Shown piece by piece: positions 13,001 through 26,486 of a stretch of 64,000 nucleotides of DNA. The notes beneath the pieces are model-generated. The model did not search any database. It was not told the DNA's origin and worked only from the letters and a program-made list of their open reading frames with translations. The position numbers and the translations under genes are program-made. The DNA is from Dendrobates tinctorius (taxonomy: Eukaryota), in the NCBI RefSeq assembly GCF_039654945.1, contig NW_027361824.1, positions 18,104,001 to 18,168,000 on the forward strand, given 5' to 3'. Position 1 is the first letter of the stretch, and each line of letters begins with the position of its first letter.

Positions 13001-16000
13001 TATCACAGTATTGGGGGTTACAGGGTACAGTATGAGGACTGGGTGATGTGTATATGGGGACACTCAGTATTGGGGGTTACAGGGATACAGTATGAGGGCT
13101 GGGTGATGTGTATATGGGGGCACTATCAGTATTGGGGGTTACAGGGGTACAGTATGAGGACTGGGTGATGTGTATATGGGGGCACTATCACAGTATTGGG
13201 GGTTACAGGGTACAGTATGAGGACTGGGTGATGTGTATATGGGGGCACTATCACAGTATTGGGGAGTTACAGGGGTACAGTATGAGGACTGGGTGATGTG
13301 TATAAGGGGGGCACTATCACAGTATTGGGGGTTACAGGGTACAGTATGAGGACTGGGTGATGTGTATATGGGGGCAAAATCACAGTATTGGGGAGTTACA
13401 GGGGTACAGTATGAGGACTGGGTGATGTATATATGGGGGGGCACTATCACAGTATTGGGGGTTACAGGGGTACAGTATGAGGACTGGGTAATGTGTATAT
13501 GGGGGGCACTATCACAGTATTGGGGGTTACAGGGTACAGTATGAGGACTGGGTGATGTGTATATGGGGGCACTATCACAGTATTGGGGGGTTACAGGGTA
13601 CAGTATGAGGACTGGGTGATGTGTATATGGGGGGCACTATCACAGTATTGGGGGTTACAGGGTACAGTATGAGGGCACTATCAGTATTGGGGGTTACAGG
13701 GGTACAGTATGAGGGCTGGGTGATGTGTATATGGGGGCACTATCAGTATTGGGGGTTACAGGGGTACAGTATGAGGACTGGGTGATGTGTATATGGGGGG
13801 CACTATCACAGTATTGAGGGTTACAGGGTACAGTATGAGGACTGGGTGATGTGTATATGGGGGCACTATCACAGTATTGGGGGTTACAGGGGTACAGTAT
13901 GAGGACTGGGTGATGTGTATATGGGGGGCACTATCACAGTATTGGGGGTTACAGGGTACAGTATGAGGACTGGGTGATGTGTATATGGGGGCACTATCAC
14001 AGTATTGGGGAGTTACAGGGGTACAGTATGAGGACTGGGTGATGTGTATATGGGGGGCACTATCACAGTATTGGGGGTTACAGGGTACAGTATGAGGACT
14101 GGGTGATGTGTATATGGGGGCACTATCACAGTATTGGGGAGTTACAGGGGTACAGTATGAGGACTGGGTGATGTGTATATGGGGGGCACTATCACAGCAT
14201 TGGGGGATACAGGGTACAGTATGAGGACTGGGTGATGTGTATATGGGGGCACTATCACAGTATTGGGAGTTACAGGGGTACAGTATGAGGACTGGGTGAT
14301 GTGTATATGGGGGGCACTATCACAGTATTGGGGAGTTACAGGGGTACAGTATGAGGACTGGGTAATGTGTATATGGGGGGCACTATCACAGTATTGGGGG
14401 TTACAGGGTACAGTATGAGGACTGGGTGATGTGTATATGGGGGGCACTATCACAGTATTGGGGGTTACAGGGTACAGTATGAGGGCTGGGTGTTGTGTAT
14501 ATGGGGGCACTATCACAGTATTGGGGGGTTACAGGGTACAGTATGAGGACTGGGTGATGTGTATATGGCGGGCACTATCACAGTATTGGGGGTTACAGGG
14601 TACAGTATGAGGGCTGGGTGATGTGTATATGGGGGGCACTATCACAGTATTGGGGGGGTTACAGGGTACAGTATGAGGACTGGGTGATGTGTATATGGGG
14701 GGCACTATCAGTATTGGGGGGTTACAGGGTACAGTATGAGGGCTGGGTGATGTGTATATGGGGGCACTATCACAGTATTGGAGGGTTACAGGGTACAGTA
14801 TGAGGACTGGGTGATGTGTATATGGGGACACTATCACAGTATTGGGGGGTTACAGGGGTACAGTATGAGGGCTGGGTGATGTGTATATGGGGGGCACTAT
14901 CAGTATTGGGGGGGTTACAGGGTACAGTGTGAGGGCTGGGTGATGTGTATATGGGGGCACTATCAGTATTGGGGGTTACAGGGGTACAGTGTGAGGGCTG
15001 GGTGATGTGTATATGGGGGCACTATCAGTATTGGGGGGTTACAGGGTACAGTATGAGGGCTGGGTGATGTGTATATGGGGTAACTATCAGTATTGGGGGG
15101 TTACAGGGTACAGTATGAGGACTGGGTAATGTGTATATGGGGGGCACTATCACAGTATTGGGGGTTACAGGGTACAGTATGAGGACTGGGTGATGTGTAT
15201 ATGGGGACACTATCAGTATTGGGGGTTACAGGGTACAGTATGAGGGCTGGGTGATGTGTATATGGGGTGACTATCAGTATTGGGGGTTACAGGGTACAGT
15301 GAGAGGGCTGGGTGATGTGCATATGGGGGCACTATCACAGTATTGGGGGTTACAGGGTACAGTATGAGGACTGGGTGATGTGTATATGGGGGGCACTATC
15401 AGTATTGGGGGGTTACAGGGTACAGTATGAGGGCTGGGTGATGTGTATATGGGGACACTATCACAGTATTGGGGGTTACAGGGTACAGTATGAGGACTGG
15501 GTGATGTGTATATGGGGACACTATCAGTATTGGGGGTTACAGGGTACAGTATGAGGGCTGGGTGATGTGTATATGGGGTGACTATCAGTATTGGGGGTTA
15601 CAGGGTACAGTGTGAGGGCTGGGTGATGTGCATATGGGGGGCACTATCACAGTATTGGGGGTTACAGGGTACAGTATGAGGACTGGGTGATGTGTATATG
15701 GGGACACTATCAGTATTGGGGGTTACAGGGTACAGTGTGAGGGCTGGGTGATGTGTATATGGGGGCACTATCACAGTATTGGGGGTTACAGGGGTACAGT
15801 ATGAGGACTGGGTGATGTGTATATGGGGGGCACTATCACAGTATTGGAGGTTACAGGGTACAGTATGAGGGCTGGGTGATGTGTATATGGGGGGCACTAT
15901 CACAGTATTGGAGGTTACAGGGGTACAGTATGAGGACTGGGTGATGTGTATATGGGGGGCACTATCACAGTATTGGAGGTTACAGGGTACAGTATGAGGG

Positions 16001-19000
16001 CTGGGTGATGTGTATATGGGGGGCACTATCACAGTATTGGGGTTTACAGGGTACAGTGTGAGGGCTGGGTGATGTGTATATGGGGGCACTATCACAGTAT
16101 TGGGGGTTACAGGGTACAGTATGAGGGCTGGGTGATGTGTATATGGGGGCACTATAACAGTATTGGGGTTTACAGGGTACAGTGTGAGGGCTGGGTGATG
16201 TGTATATGGGGGCACTATCACAGTATTGGGGGTTACAGGGTACAGTATGAGGGCTGGGTGATGTGTATATGGGGGCACTATCAGTATTGGGGGTTACAGG
16301 GTACAGTATGAGGACTGGGTGATGTGTATATGGGGGCACTATCAGTATTGGGGGTTACAGGGTACAGTGTGAGGACTGGGTGATGTGTATATGGGGGCAC
16401 TATCACAGTATTGGGGGTTACAGGGTACAGTATGAGGACTGGGTGATGTGTATATGGGGGCACTATCAGTATTGGGGGTTACAGGGTACAGTATGAGGAC
16501 TGGGTGCTGTGTATATGGGGGCACTATCAGTACTGGGGGTTACAGGGTACAGTGTGAGGACTGGGTGATGTGTATATGGGGGCACTATCACAGTATTGGG
16601 GGTTACAGGGGTACAGTGTGAGGGCTGGGTGATGTGTATATGGGGGCACTATCAGTATTGGGGGTTACAGGGTACAGTGTGAGGGCTGGGTGATGTGTAT
16701 ATGGGGGGCACTATCAGTACTGGGGGTTACAGGGGTACAGTATGAGGGCTGGGTGATGTGTATATGGGGGCACTATCACAGTATTGGGGGTTACAGGGGT
16801 ACAGTGTGAGGGCTGGGTGATGTGTATATGGGGGCACTATCACAGTATTGGGGGTTACAGGGGTACAGTGTGAGGGCTGGGTGATGTGTATATGGGGGCA
16901 CTATCAGTACTGGGGGTTACAGGGGTACAGTATGAGGACTGGGTGATGTGTATATGGGGGCACTATCACAGTATTGGGGGTTATAGGGTACAGTATGAGG
17001 ACTGGGTAATGTGTATATGGGGGGCACTATCACAGTATTGGGGGTTACAGGGTACAGTATGAGGACTGGGTGATGTGTATATGGGGGGCATTATCACAGT
17101 ATTGGGGATACAGGGTACAGTATGAGGACTGGGTGATGTGTATATGGGGGGCATTATCACAGTATTGGAGGTTACAGGGTATATATGGATGTGTATATGG
17201 GGGGCACTATCAGTATTGGGGGTTACAGGGGTACAGTATGAGGGCTGGGTGATGTGTATATGGGGGGCACTATCAGTATTGGGGGTTACAGGGTATATAT
17301 GGATGTGTATATGGGGGGCACTATCACAGTATTGGGGGTTACAGGGTACAGTATGAGGACTGGGTGATGTGTATATGGGGGGCATTATCACAGTATTGTG
17401 GATACAGGGTACAGTATGAGGACTGGGTGATGTGTATATGGCGGGCATTATCACAGTATTGGAGGTTACAGGGTATATATGGATGTGTATATGGGGGGCA
17501 CTATCACAGTATTGGGGGTTACAGGGTACAGTATGAGGACTGGGTAATGTGTATATGGGGGGCACTATCACAGTATTGGGGGTTACAGGGTACAGTATGA
17601 GGACTGGGTGATGTGTATATGGGGGGCACTATCACAGTATTGGGGGTTACAGGGTACAGTATGAGGACTGGGTGATGTGTATATGGGGGGCATTATCACA
17701 GTATTGGGGATACAGTATGAGGACTGGGTGATGTGTATATGGGGGGCACTATCACAGTATTGGAGGTTACAGCGTATATATGGATGTGTATATGGGGGGC
17801 ACTATCAGTATTGGGGGTTACAGGGTATATATGGATGTGTATATGGGGGGCACTATCAGTATTGGGGGTTACAGGGGTACAGTGTGAGGACTGGGTGATG
17901 TGTATATGGGGGGCACTATCAGTATTGGGGGTTACAGGGTATATATGGATGTGTATATGGGGGGCACTATCAGTATTGGGGGTTACAGGGGTACAGTATG
18001 AGGGCTGGGTGATGTGTATATGGGGGGCACTATCAGTATTGGGGGTTACAGGGTATATATGGATGTGTATATGGGGGGCACTATCAGTATTGGGGGTTAC
18101 AGGGTATATATGGATGTGTATATGGGGGGCACTATCAGTATTGGGGGTTACAGGGTACAGTATGAGGGCTGGGTGATGTGTATATGGGGACACTATCACA
18201 GTATTGGGGGTTACAGGGTACAGTATGAGGACTGGGTGATGTGTATATGGGGACACTATCAGTATTGGGGGTTACAGGGTACAGTATGAGGGCTGGGTGA
18301 TGTGTATATGGGGTGACTATCAGTATTGGGGGTTACAGGGTACAGTGTGAGGGCTGGGTGATGTGCATATGGGGGGCACTATCACAGTATTGGGGGTTAC
18401 AGGGTACAGTATGAGGACTGGGTGATGTGTATATGGGGACACTATCAGTATTGGGGGTTACAGGGTACAGTGTGAGGGCTGGGTGATGTGTATATGGGGG
18501 CACTATCACAGTATTGGGGTTTACAGGGTACAGTGTGAGGGCTGGGTGATGTGTATATGGGGGCACTATCACAGTATTGGGGGTTACAGGGTACAGTATG
18601 AGGGCTGGGTGATGTGTATATGGGGGCACTATAACAGTATTGGGGTTTACAGGGTACAGTGTGAGGGCTGGGTGATGTGTATATGGGGGCACTATCACAG
18701 TATTGGGGGTTACAGGGTACAGTATGAGGGCTGGGTGATGTGTATATGGGGGCACTATCAGTATTGGGGGTTACAGGGTACAGTATGAGGACTGGGTGAT
18801 GTGTATATGGGGGCACTATCAGTATTGGGGGTTACAGGGTACAGTGTGAGGACTGGGTGATGTGTATATGGGGGCACTATCACAGTATTGGGGGTTACAG
18901 GGTACAGTATGAGGACTGGGTGATGTGTATATGGGGGCACTATCAGTATTGGGGGTTACAGGGTACAGTATGAGGACTGGGTGCTGACTATATGGGGGCA

Positions 19001-21400
19001 CTATCAGTACTGGGGGTTACAGGGTACAGTGTGAGGACTGGGTGATGTGTATATGGGGGCACTATCACAGTATTGGGGGTTACAGGGGTACAGTGTGAGG
19101 GCTGGGTGATGTGTATATGGGGGCACTATCAGTATTGGGGGTTACAGGGTACAGTGTGAGGGCTGGGTGATGTGTATATGGGGGGCACTATCAGTACTGG
19201 GGGTTACAGGGGTACAGTATGAGGGCTGGGTGATGTGTATATGGGGGCACTATCACAGTATTGGGGGTTACAGGGGTACAGTGTGAGGGCTGGGTGATGT
19301 GTATATGGGGGCACTATCAGTACTGGGGGTTACAGGGGTACAGTATGAGGGCTGGGTGATGTGTATATGGGGGCACTATCACAGTATTGGGGGTTATAGG
19401 GTACAGTATGAGGACTGGGTAATGTGTATATGGGGGGCACTATCACAGTATTGGGGGTTACAGGGTACAGTATGAGGACTGGGTGATGTGTATATGGGGG
19501 GCATTATCACAGTATTGGGGATACAGGGTACAGTATGAGGACTGGGTGATGTGTATATGGGGGGCATTATCACAGTATTGGAGGTTACAGGGTATATATG
19601 GATGTGTATATGGGGGGCACTATCAGTATTGGGGGTTACAGGGGTACAGTATGAGGGCTGGGTGATGTGTATATGGGGGGCACTATCAGTATTGGGGGTT
19701 ACAGGGTATATATGGATGTGTATATGGGGGGCACTATCACAGTATTGGGGGTTACAGGGTACAGTATGAGGACTGGGTGATGTGTATATGGGGGGCATTA
19801 TCACAGTATTGTGGATACAGGGTACAGTATGAGGACTGGGTGATGTGTATATGGGGGGCACTATCAGTACTGGGGGTTACAGGGGTACAGTATGAGGGCT
19901 GGGTGATGTGTATATGGGGGCACTATCACAGTATTGGGGGTTACAGGGTACAGTATGAGGACTGGGTGATGTGTACATGGGGGGCATTATCACAGTATTG
20001 GGGATACAGGGTACAGTATGAGGACTGGGTGATGTGTATATGGGGGGCACTATCACAGTATTGGAGGTTACAGCGTATATATGGATGTGTATATGGGGGG
20101 CACTATCAGTATTGGGGGTTACAGGGTATATATGGATGTGTATATGGGGGGCACTATCAGTATTGGGGGTTACAGGGGTACAGTATGAGGGCTGGGTGAT
20201 GTGTATATGGGGGGCACTATCAGTATTGGGGGTTACAGGGTATATATGGATGTGTATATGGGGGCACTATCAGTATTGGGGGTTACAGGGTATATATGGA
20301 TGTGTATATGGGGGGCACTATCAGTATTGGGGGTTACAGGGTATATATGGATGTGTATATGGGGGCACTATCAGTATTGGGGGTTACAGGGTATATATGG
20401 ATGTGTATATGGGGGCACTATCACAGTATTGGGGGTTACAGGGTACAGTATGAGGACTGGGTGATGTGTATATGGGGGGCACTATCAGTATTGGGGGTTA
20501 CAGGGTACAGTATGAGGACTGGGTGATGTGTATATGGGGGCACTATCAGTATTGGGGGTTACAGGGTACAGTATGAGGACTGGGTGATGTGTATATGGGG
20601 GCACTATCAGTATTGGGGGTTACAGGGTACAGTATGAGGACTGGGTGATGTGTATATGGGGGGCACTATCAGTATTGGGGGTTACAGGGTATATATGGAT
20701 GTGTATATGGGGGGCACTATCAGTATTGGGGGTTACAGGGTACAGTATGAGGACTGGGTGATGTGTATATGGGGGGCACTATCAGTATTGGGGGTTACAG
20801 GGTATATATGGATGTGTATATGGGGGGCACTATCAGTATTGGGGGTTACAGGGTATATATGGATGTGTATATGGGGGGCACTATCAGTATTGGGGGTTAC
20901 AGGGTATATATGGATGTGTATATGGGGGGCACTATCAGTATTGGGGGTTACAGGGTATATATGGATGTGTATATGGGGGGCACTATCAGTATTGGGGGTT
21001 ACAGGGTACAGTATGAGGACTGGGTGATGTGTATATGGGGGGCACTATCAGTATTGGGGGTTACAGGGTATATATGGATGTGTATATGGGGGGCACTATC
21101 AGTATTGGGGGTTACAGGGTATATATGGATGTGTATATGGGGGGCACTATTAGTATTGGGGGTTACAGGGTATATATGGATGTGTATATGGGGGGCACTA
21201 TCAGTATTGGGGGTTACAGGGTATATATGGATGTGTATATGGGGGGCACTATCAGTATTGGGGGTTACAGGGTATATATGGATGTGTATATGGGGGGCAC
21301 TATCAGTATTGGGGGTTACAGGGTATATATGGATGTGTATATGGGGGGCACTATCAGTATTGGGGGTTACAGGGTATATATGGATGTGTATATGGGGGGC
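10085..21400. repeat. 11.3-kb G-rich minisatellite (61-65 bp unit; 51-bp variant distally)
   Basis: Unit GTACAGTATGAGGACTGGGTGATGTGTATATGGGGG(G)CACTATC(AC)AGTATTGGGGGTTACAGG(G). The 51-bp variant GTATATATGGATGTG... appears from ~17180 and dominates after ~20200. Confidence 0.97.
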
Positions 21401-21485
21401 TGACGTCTCACGGTGGGGACTGCACGTACGATCACTAATGGCAGCTATGTGTCGCCCTGTGATATTATCGGGCTGTCCGTCTCAC

Positions 21486-21630
21486 CCGTCCGCAGCACCG
21501 GATACTGATTGATGGCGTTGTGGAAGATGGCGGACATGTAGCCGAGGAAGCCCAAGTACACGGAGCCTCTGTTCACCAGCGATGGTGGCGGCAGCACCCG
21601 ACCCTCGTCTGGAAACTGAAACCACCCCAT
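21486..21630 (-). CDS. NDUFC2: NADH:ubiquinone oxidoreductase subunit C2, coding exon 1
   Basis: ATG at 21630. Encodes MGWFQFPDEGRVLPPPSLVNRGSVYLGFLGYMSAIFHNAINQYPVLRT(G), resembling the NDUFC2 N-terminus. Ends in phase 1 at a GTGAG donor (21485..21481). Confidence 0.92.
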
Positions 21631-21699
21631 AGCTGGCTGCTGCTGCTGTCCAAGGACACCGGGGGACAACAATCAAGGACGGACGGAGAGAAGGGTAAC

Positions 21700-21760
21700 G
21701 TTAAATTCCTTCCGGGTGGAAAACGAAGTCACCGAGCGGAAGGTTGAAGGTTCCGTCTGC
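21700..21760 (-). promoter_or_regulatory. Probable NDUFC2 proximal promoter with ETS/GABP-type motifs
   Basis: CTTCCGG at 21709-21715 and GCGGAAG at 21736-21742, ~80-110 bp upstream of the ATG in a CpG-rich patch. GABP sites are typical of nuclear OXPHOS genes. Confidence 0.5.
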
Positions 21761-22590
21761 AGCAGGTCACTGACTCCTTAACCCTTTCACGGCCGCATGA
21801 GGTTTTTTTTTGGGGGGGGGGTTCTCTTTTTGTTGCATTGATGCAGGTGGTATAGTGGTATTATTTATAATGTAACATCTGGGGGGACATATAGTAATGA
21901 CGGCTGAATTATAGGGGAACAGTCCTAAAAGGATGAGCCCTGAACATGAGACCTGCTCTATTAATGGTCTGTATGGTGCATGCTGCCGTGGGGGATCCCA
22001 CATAGATGGCGGTTATTACACGCTGCACTTGATGACTCGCGAGGCTCCAACCATAACGAGCTCTTAAAGGGATTTGAAACCCCCTTTAATAGCGATGACC
22101 TTCTAGGGGCCAGAATGACCAGAGAAAGAACATAGAATATCTATATGGGGTCTTGGCACACTCTGTCACCATCCTGCGGTGTGCAGACTACCCTGAGGGG
22201 CACGCATGTGACTCTCCCCTGAACTTCATTTGTGGAATTGCGGTTGTATGGCCTCCGTTTACCCTGACAATATTAGAGTAACTGCGGTCATGTGACCGCT
22301 GATTGTACCTGCGGTCTATTATTATGTACTATGCGTTCCGATAGATGCTACTGCGCCTGCACCGCCTACGGCGCCATTTTGTTGTAGTGTAAATTTTTTT
22401 GGCTGCAGCCCACGGCGCCATTTTGATGGTGATTTTTGTTTCTTTTCAACACCGCAAGATAATAGGCGCTAGCTGACAAGTGATTGGCGGTGCCTTCGCA
22501 CTTTTTGATGAAATAACGTTTTTTTTTTTCAAATACACACATTAGTATATTCATTAGGTAAACGAGAGTGCGGGTCAGTGAGGAAGCAGT

Positions 22591-22806
22591 AACCTGTCAG
22601 CAGGCTGCATTATGAATATAGAATCAGAGCATCACGTACACGAACCCCGCCTCAGGACACGAGCATATCATTAACTACAAACCGAAAATAAAGATTAAGA
22701 GACCACAAAATGGATTTCGTCACCGGGTATCACTGTAATCAGTATAACGGCGCCGACCTGATCCTGTCTGTAGATTACTGTGCACAATCCTGCTGACAGG
22801 TTCCCT
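22591..22806. mobile_element. Kolobok/T2-type MITE remnant
   Basis: AACCTGTCAGCAGG...CCTGCTGACAGGTTCCCT followed by TTAA. Left end incomplete or further upstream. Confidence 0.6.
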
Positions 22807-22829
22807 TTAACTCCTTGTCCTTCTGTGTG

Positions 22830-24485
22830 GATTTATCTTCTCATCTATACCCTTGGCCTAGGACAACTTATAAGGTCCTATGTCTTCCAGTACCTCCTGT
22901 ATGCTGATGACACTCAGATCTCCCTCTCTGGCCCAGACGTCACCTCTCTGCTGTCCAGAATCCCGGAGTGTCTATCAGCCATATCCTTCCTTTTCTTCTC
23001 CTCTCGCTTTCCTCAAGCTCAATGTGGACAAATCTGAACTCATCATCCTTCCTCTATCTCATCTAATCCCCTAACTCAGGGTTCCCCAACTGCAGTCCTC
23101 AAGGCCCACCAACAGATCATGTTTTCAGGATTTCCTTTGTATTGCACAGATGAAGCAATTATCACCCTGCCCTAACTGATCTATCACAATAAATGGCATC
23201 ACATTTTCCCCTGTACCACAAGTCCACTGCCTCGAAGTCACCCTGGACTCTGTCTTGTCCTTCACACAGAACATCCAAGCTCTCGCCACCTCCTGCCACC
23301 TCCAACGCAAAAATATTTCCAGAATCCGTCCTTTCCTCAACCCTCACTCTACTAAACTGTTAGTGCCCTAATCATCTCCCACCTCGACCGCTGCAACATC
23401 CTCCTCTGTGGCCTCCCTGCTAACACTCTCACACCTCTTCAGTCCATCCTTCACTCTGCTTCCTGAGTAATCCACCTCTCTCCCCTCTGCAAAACCCTTC
23501 ATTGGCTCGCAATTCCCACTACTAACACTGACCTACAAAGCCGTCCATAACCTGTCTCCTCCATATATCTCCAAACTAATTTCCCGATACCGTCCCACAC
23601 GTAATCGCCGGTCCTCTTAAAGCCTCCTTCTCTCCTCCACACTTATATGTTCCTCACCGAATTGCCTCCAAAACTTCTTCAGAGTGTCCCCATCCTCTAG
23701 AATTCTGTGCCCCAACACGTCCGATTATCTGCCGCACTCGGAACCTTCAGACGGAACTTGAAAACCCACCTCTTCAAGAAAGCTGCAACCTATGATGACC
23801 TCGCTGCCTCCTCACCACCACCAAAGCTGCCACAACTCCCAACCTACTGTCTCCTGCCTATCCTCCTGTTGACTGTAAGCGCCCAAGGGTAGGGTCTTCT
23901 TCCCTCTGTGTGAGTCTGTCAGCAGGGTCTTCTCCCCTCTATCAGTCTGTCGGCAGGGTCTTCTCCCCCTCTGTATCAGTCTGTCGGCAGGGTCTTCTCC
24001 CCCTCTGTATCAGTCTGTCGGCAGGATCTTCTCCCCTCTGTATCAGTCTGTCGGCAGGGTCTTCTCCCCCTCTGTATCAGTCTGTCGGCAGGGTCTTCTC
24101 CCCTCTGTATCAGTCTGTCGGCAGGGTCTTCTCCCCTCTGTATCAGTCTGTCGGCAGGGTCTTCTCCCCTCTGTATCAGTCTGTCGGCAGGGTCTTCTCC
24201 CCTCTGTATCAGTCTGTCGGCAGGGTCTTCTCCCCTCTGTATCAGTCTGTCGGCAGGGTCTTCTCCCCTCTGTATCAGTCTGTCGGCAGAGTCTTCTCCC
24301 CTCTGTATCAGTCTGTCGGCAGGGTCTTCTCCCCTCTGTATCAGTCTGTCGGCAGGGTCTTCTCCCCTCTGTATCAGTCTGTCATTGTTAGTTTTTCATT
24401 GTAATTTATACTTATATTTTGCATGTATCCCATCCTCATGCCCAGCACTGTGGAATCAATGGTGCTCTAAAAATAAATAATAATA
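22830..24485 (+). mobile_element. Old degenerate L2 LINE 3' portion, with a hAT-MITE fragment (~23077-23165) and a minisatellite in its tail
   Basis: YADDTQISLSGPD, LKLNVDKSEL and FRRNLKTHLF remnants with frameshifts. Ends GGTGCTCTAAAAATAAATAATAATA. Confidence 0.85.
23890..24382. repeat. 33-bp minisatellite, ~15 copies, within the L2 3' UTR
   Basis: Unit GGCAGGGTCTTCTCCCCTCTGTATCAGTCTGTC. Confidence 0.95.
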
Positions 24486-24831
24486 CTTGAGGACAAAAGT
24501 TCTGTAGCCGAGTTCATTTTTTATTCTTATTTTAAAACAGTCACTTAAAATAATAAAAAAAAAACAAATAGTGGACAACCCCTTTAAGGAGTATAAACAC
24601 TTTAGTTTGGTTTGTGATTGTCTGCAGCAGTCAGGTGACCGTCATCTGAGGTTTCTCAAAATAGCGATGCATCAATTCTTCCCATACCGATACAGATCAC
24701 CGAAGCTTCCTGCGCTGGATCCTCGGAGGAGACTGCAAGCTAGAATACGGAATTTTTTGTACCTTTTCCAAGCTGCCTGTAAAGTTTTTAATCGAGGCAG
24801 ACAACACCTTTAAACTTTCTTGAAATTCCTT

Positions 24832-24837
24832 TTTATT
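24832..24837 (-). terminator. Candidate ALG8 polyadenylation signal (AATAAA)
   Basis: AATAAA on the minus strand ~350 nt after the stop. Another candidate lies near 24520. Confidence 0.4.
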
Positions 24838-25186
24838 TATCAGCGGCAATTATATGAAGCCTGATCCACTGCTGCCTCCACATACAATTTGGGGCATGTA
24901 GGGGAGATATCAACGCACCTGCCCATTTCCCCCACTGCACCTGCGCAATAGCCACCTGGATTAAGGCAAACAAGTGGCGTGACGTAAAGTGAGACGTTAA
25001 CTCTCCAGACTCGACATTTTGCACAAAACCGATCAAGACACAATAAAATTTGTGATGGAAAAAAAAATTATTTTCCAAAAAAAAACAAAAAAACCTTTTT
25101 TTATGTTTGTAATAAAAAAAAAATAAAATGTTTCTACAGAGTCAATCTTTTTCCTCAGCAGATCGGGCGCAGGGACGGACGTGTCC

Positions 25187-25418
25187 TCACTGACGTTTCT
25201 TAAGAGTCGCCGCTGGTCTGGTGAAGGCGGCAATATAAAGTCTGATCCAAGAGTAGGTAATGCCCAGGGCGCAGTACATGGAGATGAGCAGCAGGGGGAT
25301 GAAGGGCAGGCGCCGCTGCCAGGGGGTGAGGGGGTAAATGATCTCGCACAGTAACTCCAGGGGCAGGAGGCCGCAGACGTACAGCGCTTCCAACCGACTC
25401 AGCAGATTCCCTTCTTTC
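25187..25418 (-). CDS. ALG8: ALG8 exon 13 (terminal coding exon)
   Basis: 232 nt to TGA at 25189..25187. KEGNLLSRLEALYVCGLLPLELLCEIIYP...TLKKRQ, ending in a KKxx ER-retrieval motif. Confidence 0.95.
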
Positions 25419-25944
25419 CTGTAAAAGGAGCAGGAACAAAACCACATGGGATTAATTCCGACCCTCTGGTGGAATTAAAGTGATACTGACCGCCCGCTAT
25501 ATTAAAAGGGGAAATCCAGGGAATGCCTTATAATAAAATTAGTGATACTCACTTGACCGATCCCAAACCACAAAACTCCTATTCTGACAATTGCAGGGTC
25601 CCCACATCAGAAATGGCTTCATAGCGATTGACTGACAGCAGCGGTGGCCCACTGATTGGATGAGCGGACATTTCCGGCCATCGACAGTGTGTCGAACACA
25701 GACCAGAGGTGATCGGGTAAGCATCCGAATGGGATATGCAAGGGATCAGTATTACTACTTTTATTATAAAGGCATTTAAACAATAATTTATATCCCCTAG
25801 ACAAATCCTAAGTTATTTCAGCCCTGTCCTCCCTACACCAGTCCCTTAAAAGAAAGTTACACCACCTATACTATACAAATACGGCAGATACCCCCTAGTG
25901 GCGGCTACAGGAAGCATTCCCTGTTGTGCCTACTCTGCCTTTAA

Positions 25945-26368
25945 GGGGGTCATCCATAACCAAGATATTGATAATCTATCCTTTGGACAGATCATTAATA
26001 TCAGGTCGGTCGGGGTCCAACAGCCGGTACACCCACCGATCAGCTGTGTCTACGTCTGATCTGCAATGCCTGACAATGTGCCATACTGTTTAATTGGGTA
26101 TGCCATGGCGGCTGCTAACAGCTTATAAGGGTTGGCACCCCAGACCATTCAGATATCCGACCAAATAGGACCGCAATGCAACGGACTGTCCGCGGGTTTC
26201 CCGACCCGAGTGCAACAGCTTCATATTTCTATTAAGTTGTTACGCTCGGGAGACCCAACGGAAAGTCTGTGAATTGTGATCGATTTGTACAGACGTCTAA
26301 ATGCACCCCAATAGAGATGACCTATCCTAAAGGACAAGCCATCGATATCAAAGTTCTCAACAACCCCT
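25945..26368. mobile_element. Kolobok/T2-type MITE with a nested small palindromic element
   Basis: TTAA flanks (25941-44; 26369-72), GGGGGTCATCC.../...CAACAACCCCT ends, paired inner GA..A.CTATCCT...GGACA motifs. Confidence 0.6.
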
Positions 26369-26486
26369 TTAAGATCTATAATATAGGAGATCGGAGGACA
26401 TCTTCAGGAGTGACAAGTCTGTATCTCCATTAGTCTGTGGACAATTTTTCCTGCTTAGACAGATTCAAGGTTGACTTATAAGAGAA

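Noticed and set aside
10059-21512. Dozens of short ORFs (PPYTHHP..., GALSVLGVTG...)
   Set aside because: Frame-shifting translations of the ~62/51-bp minisatellite.
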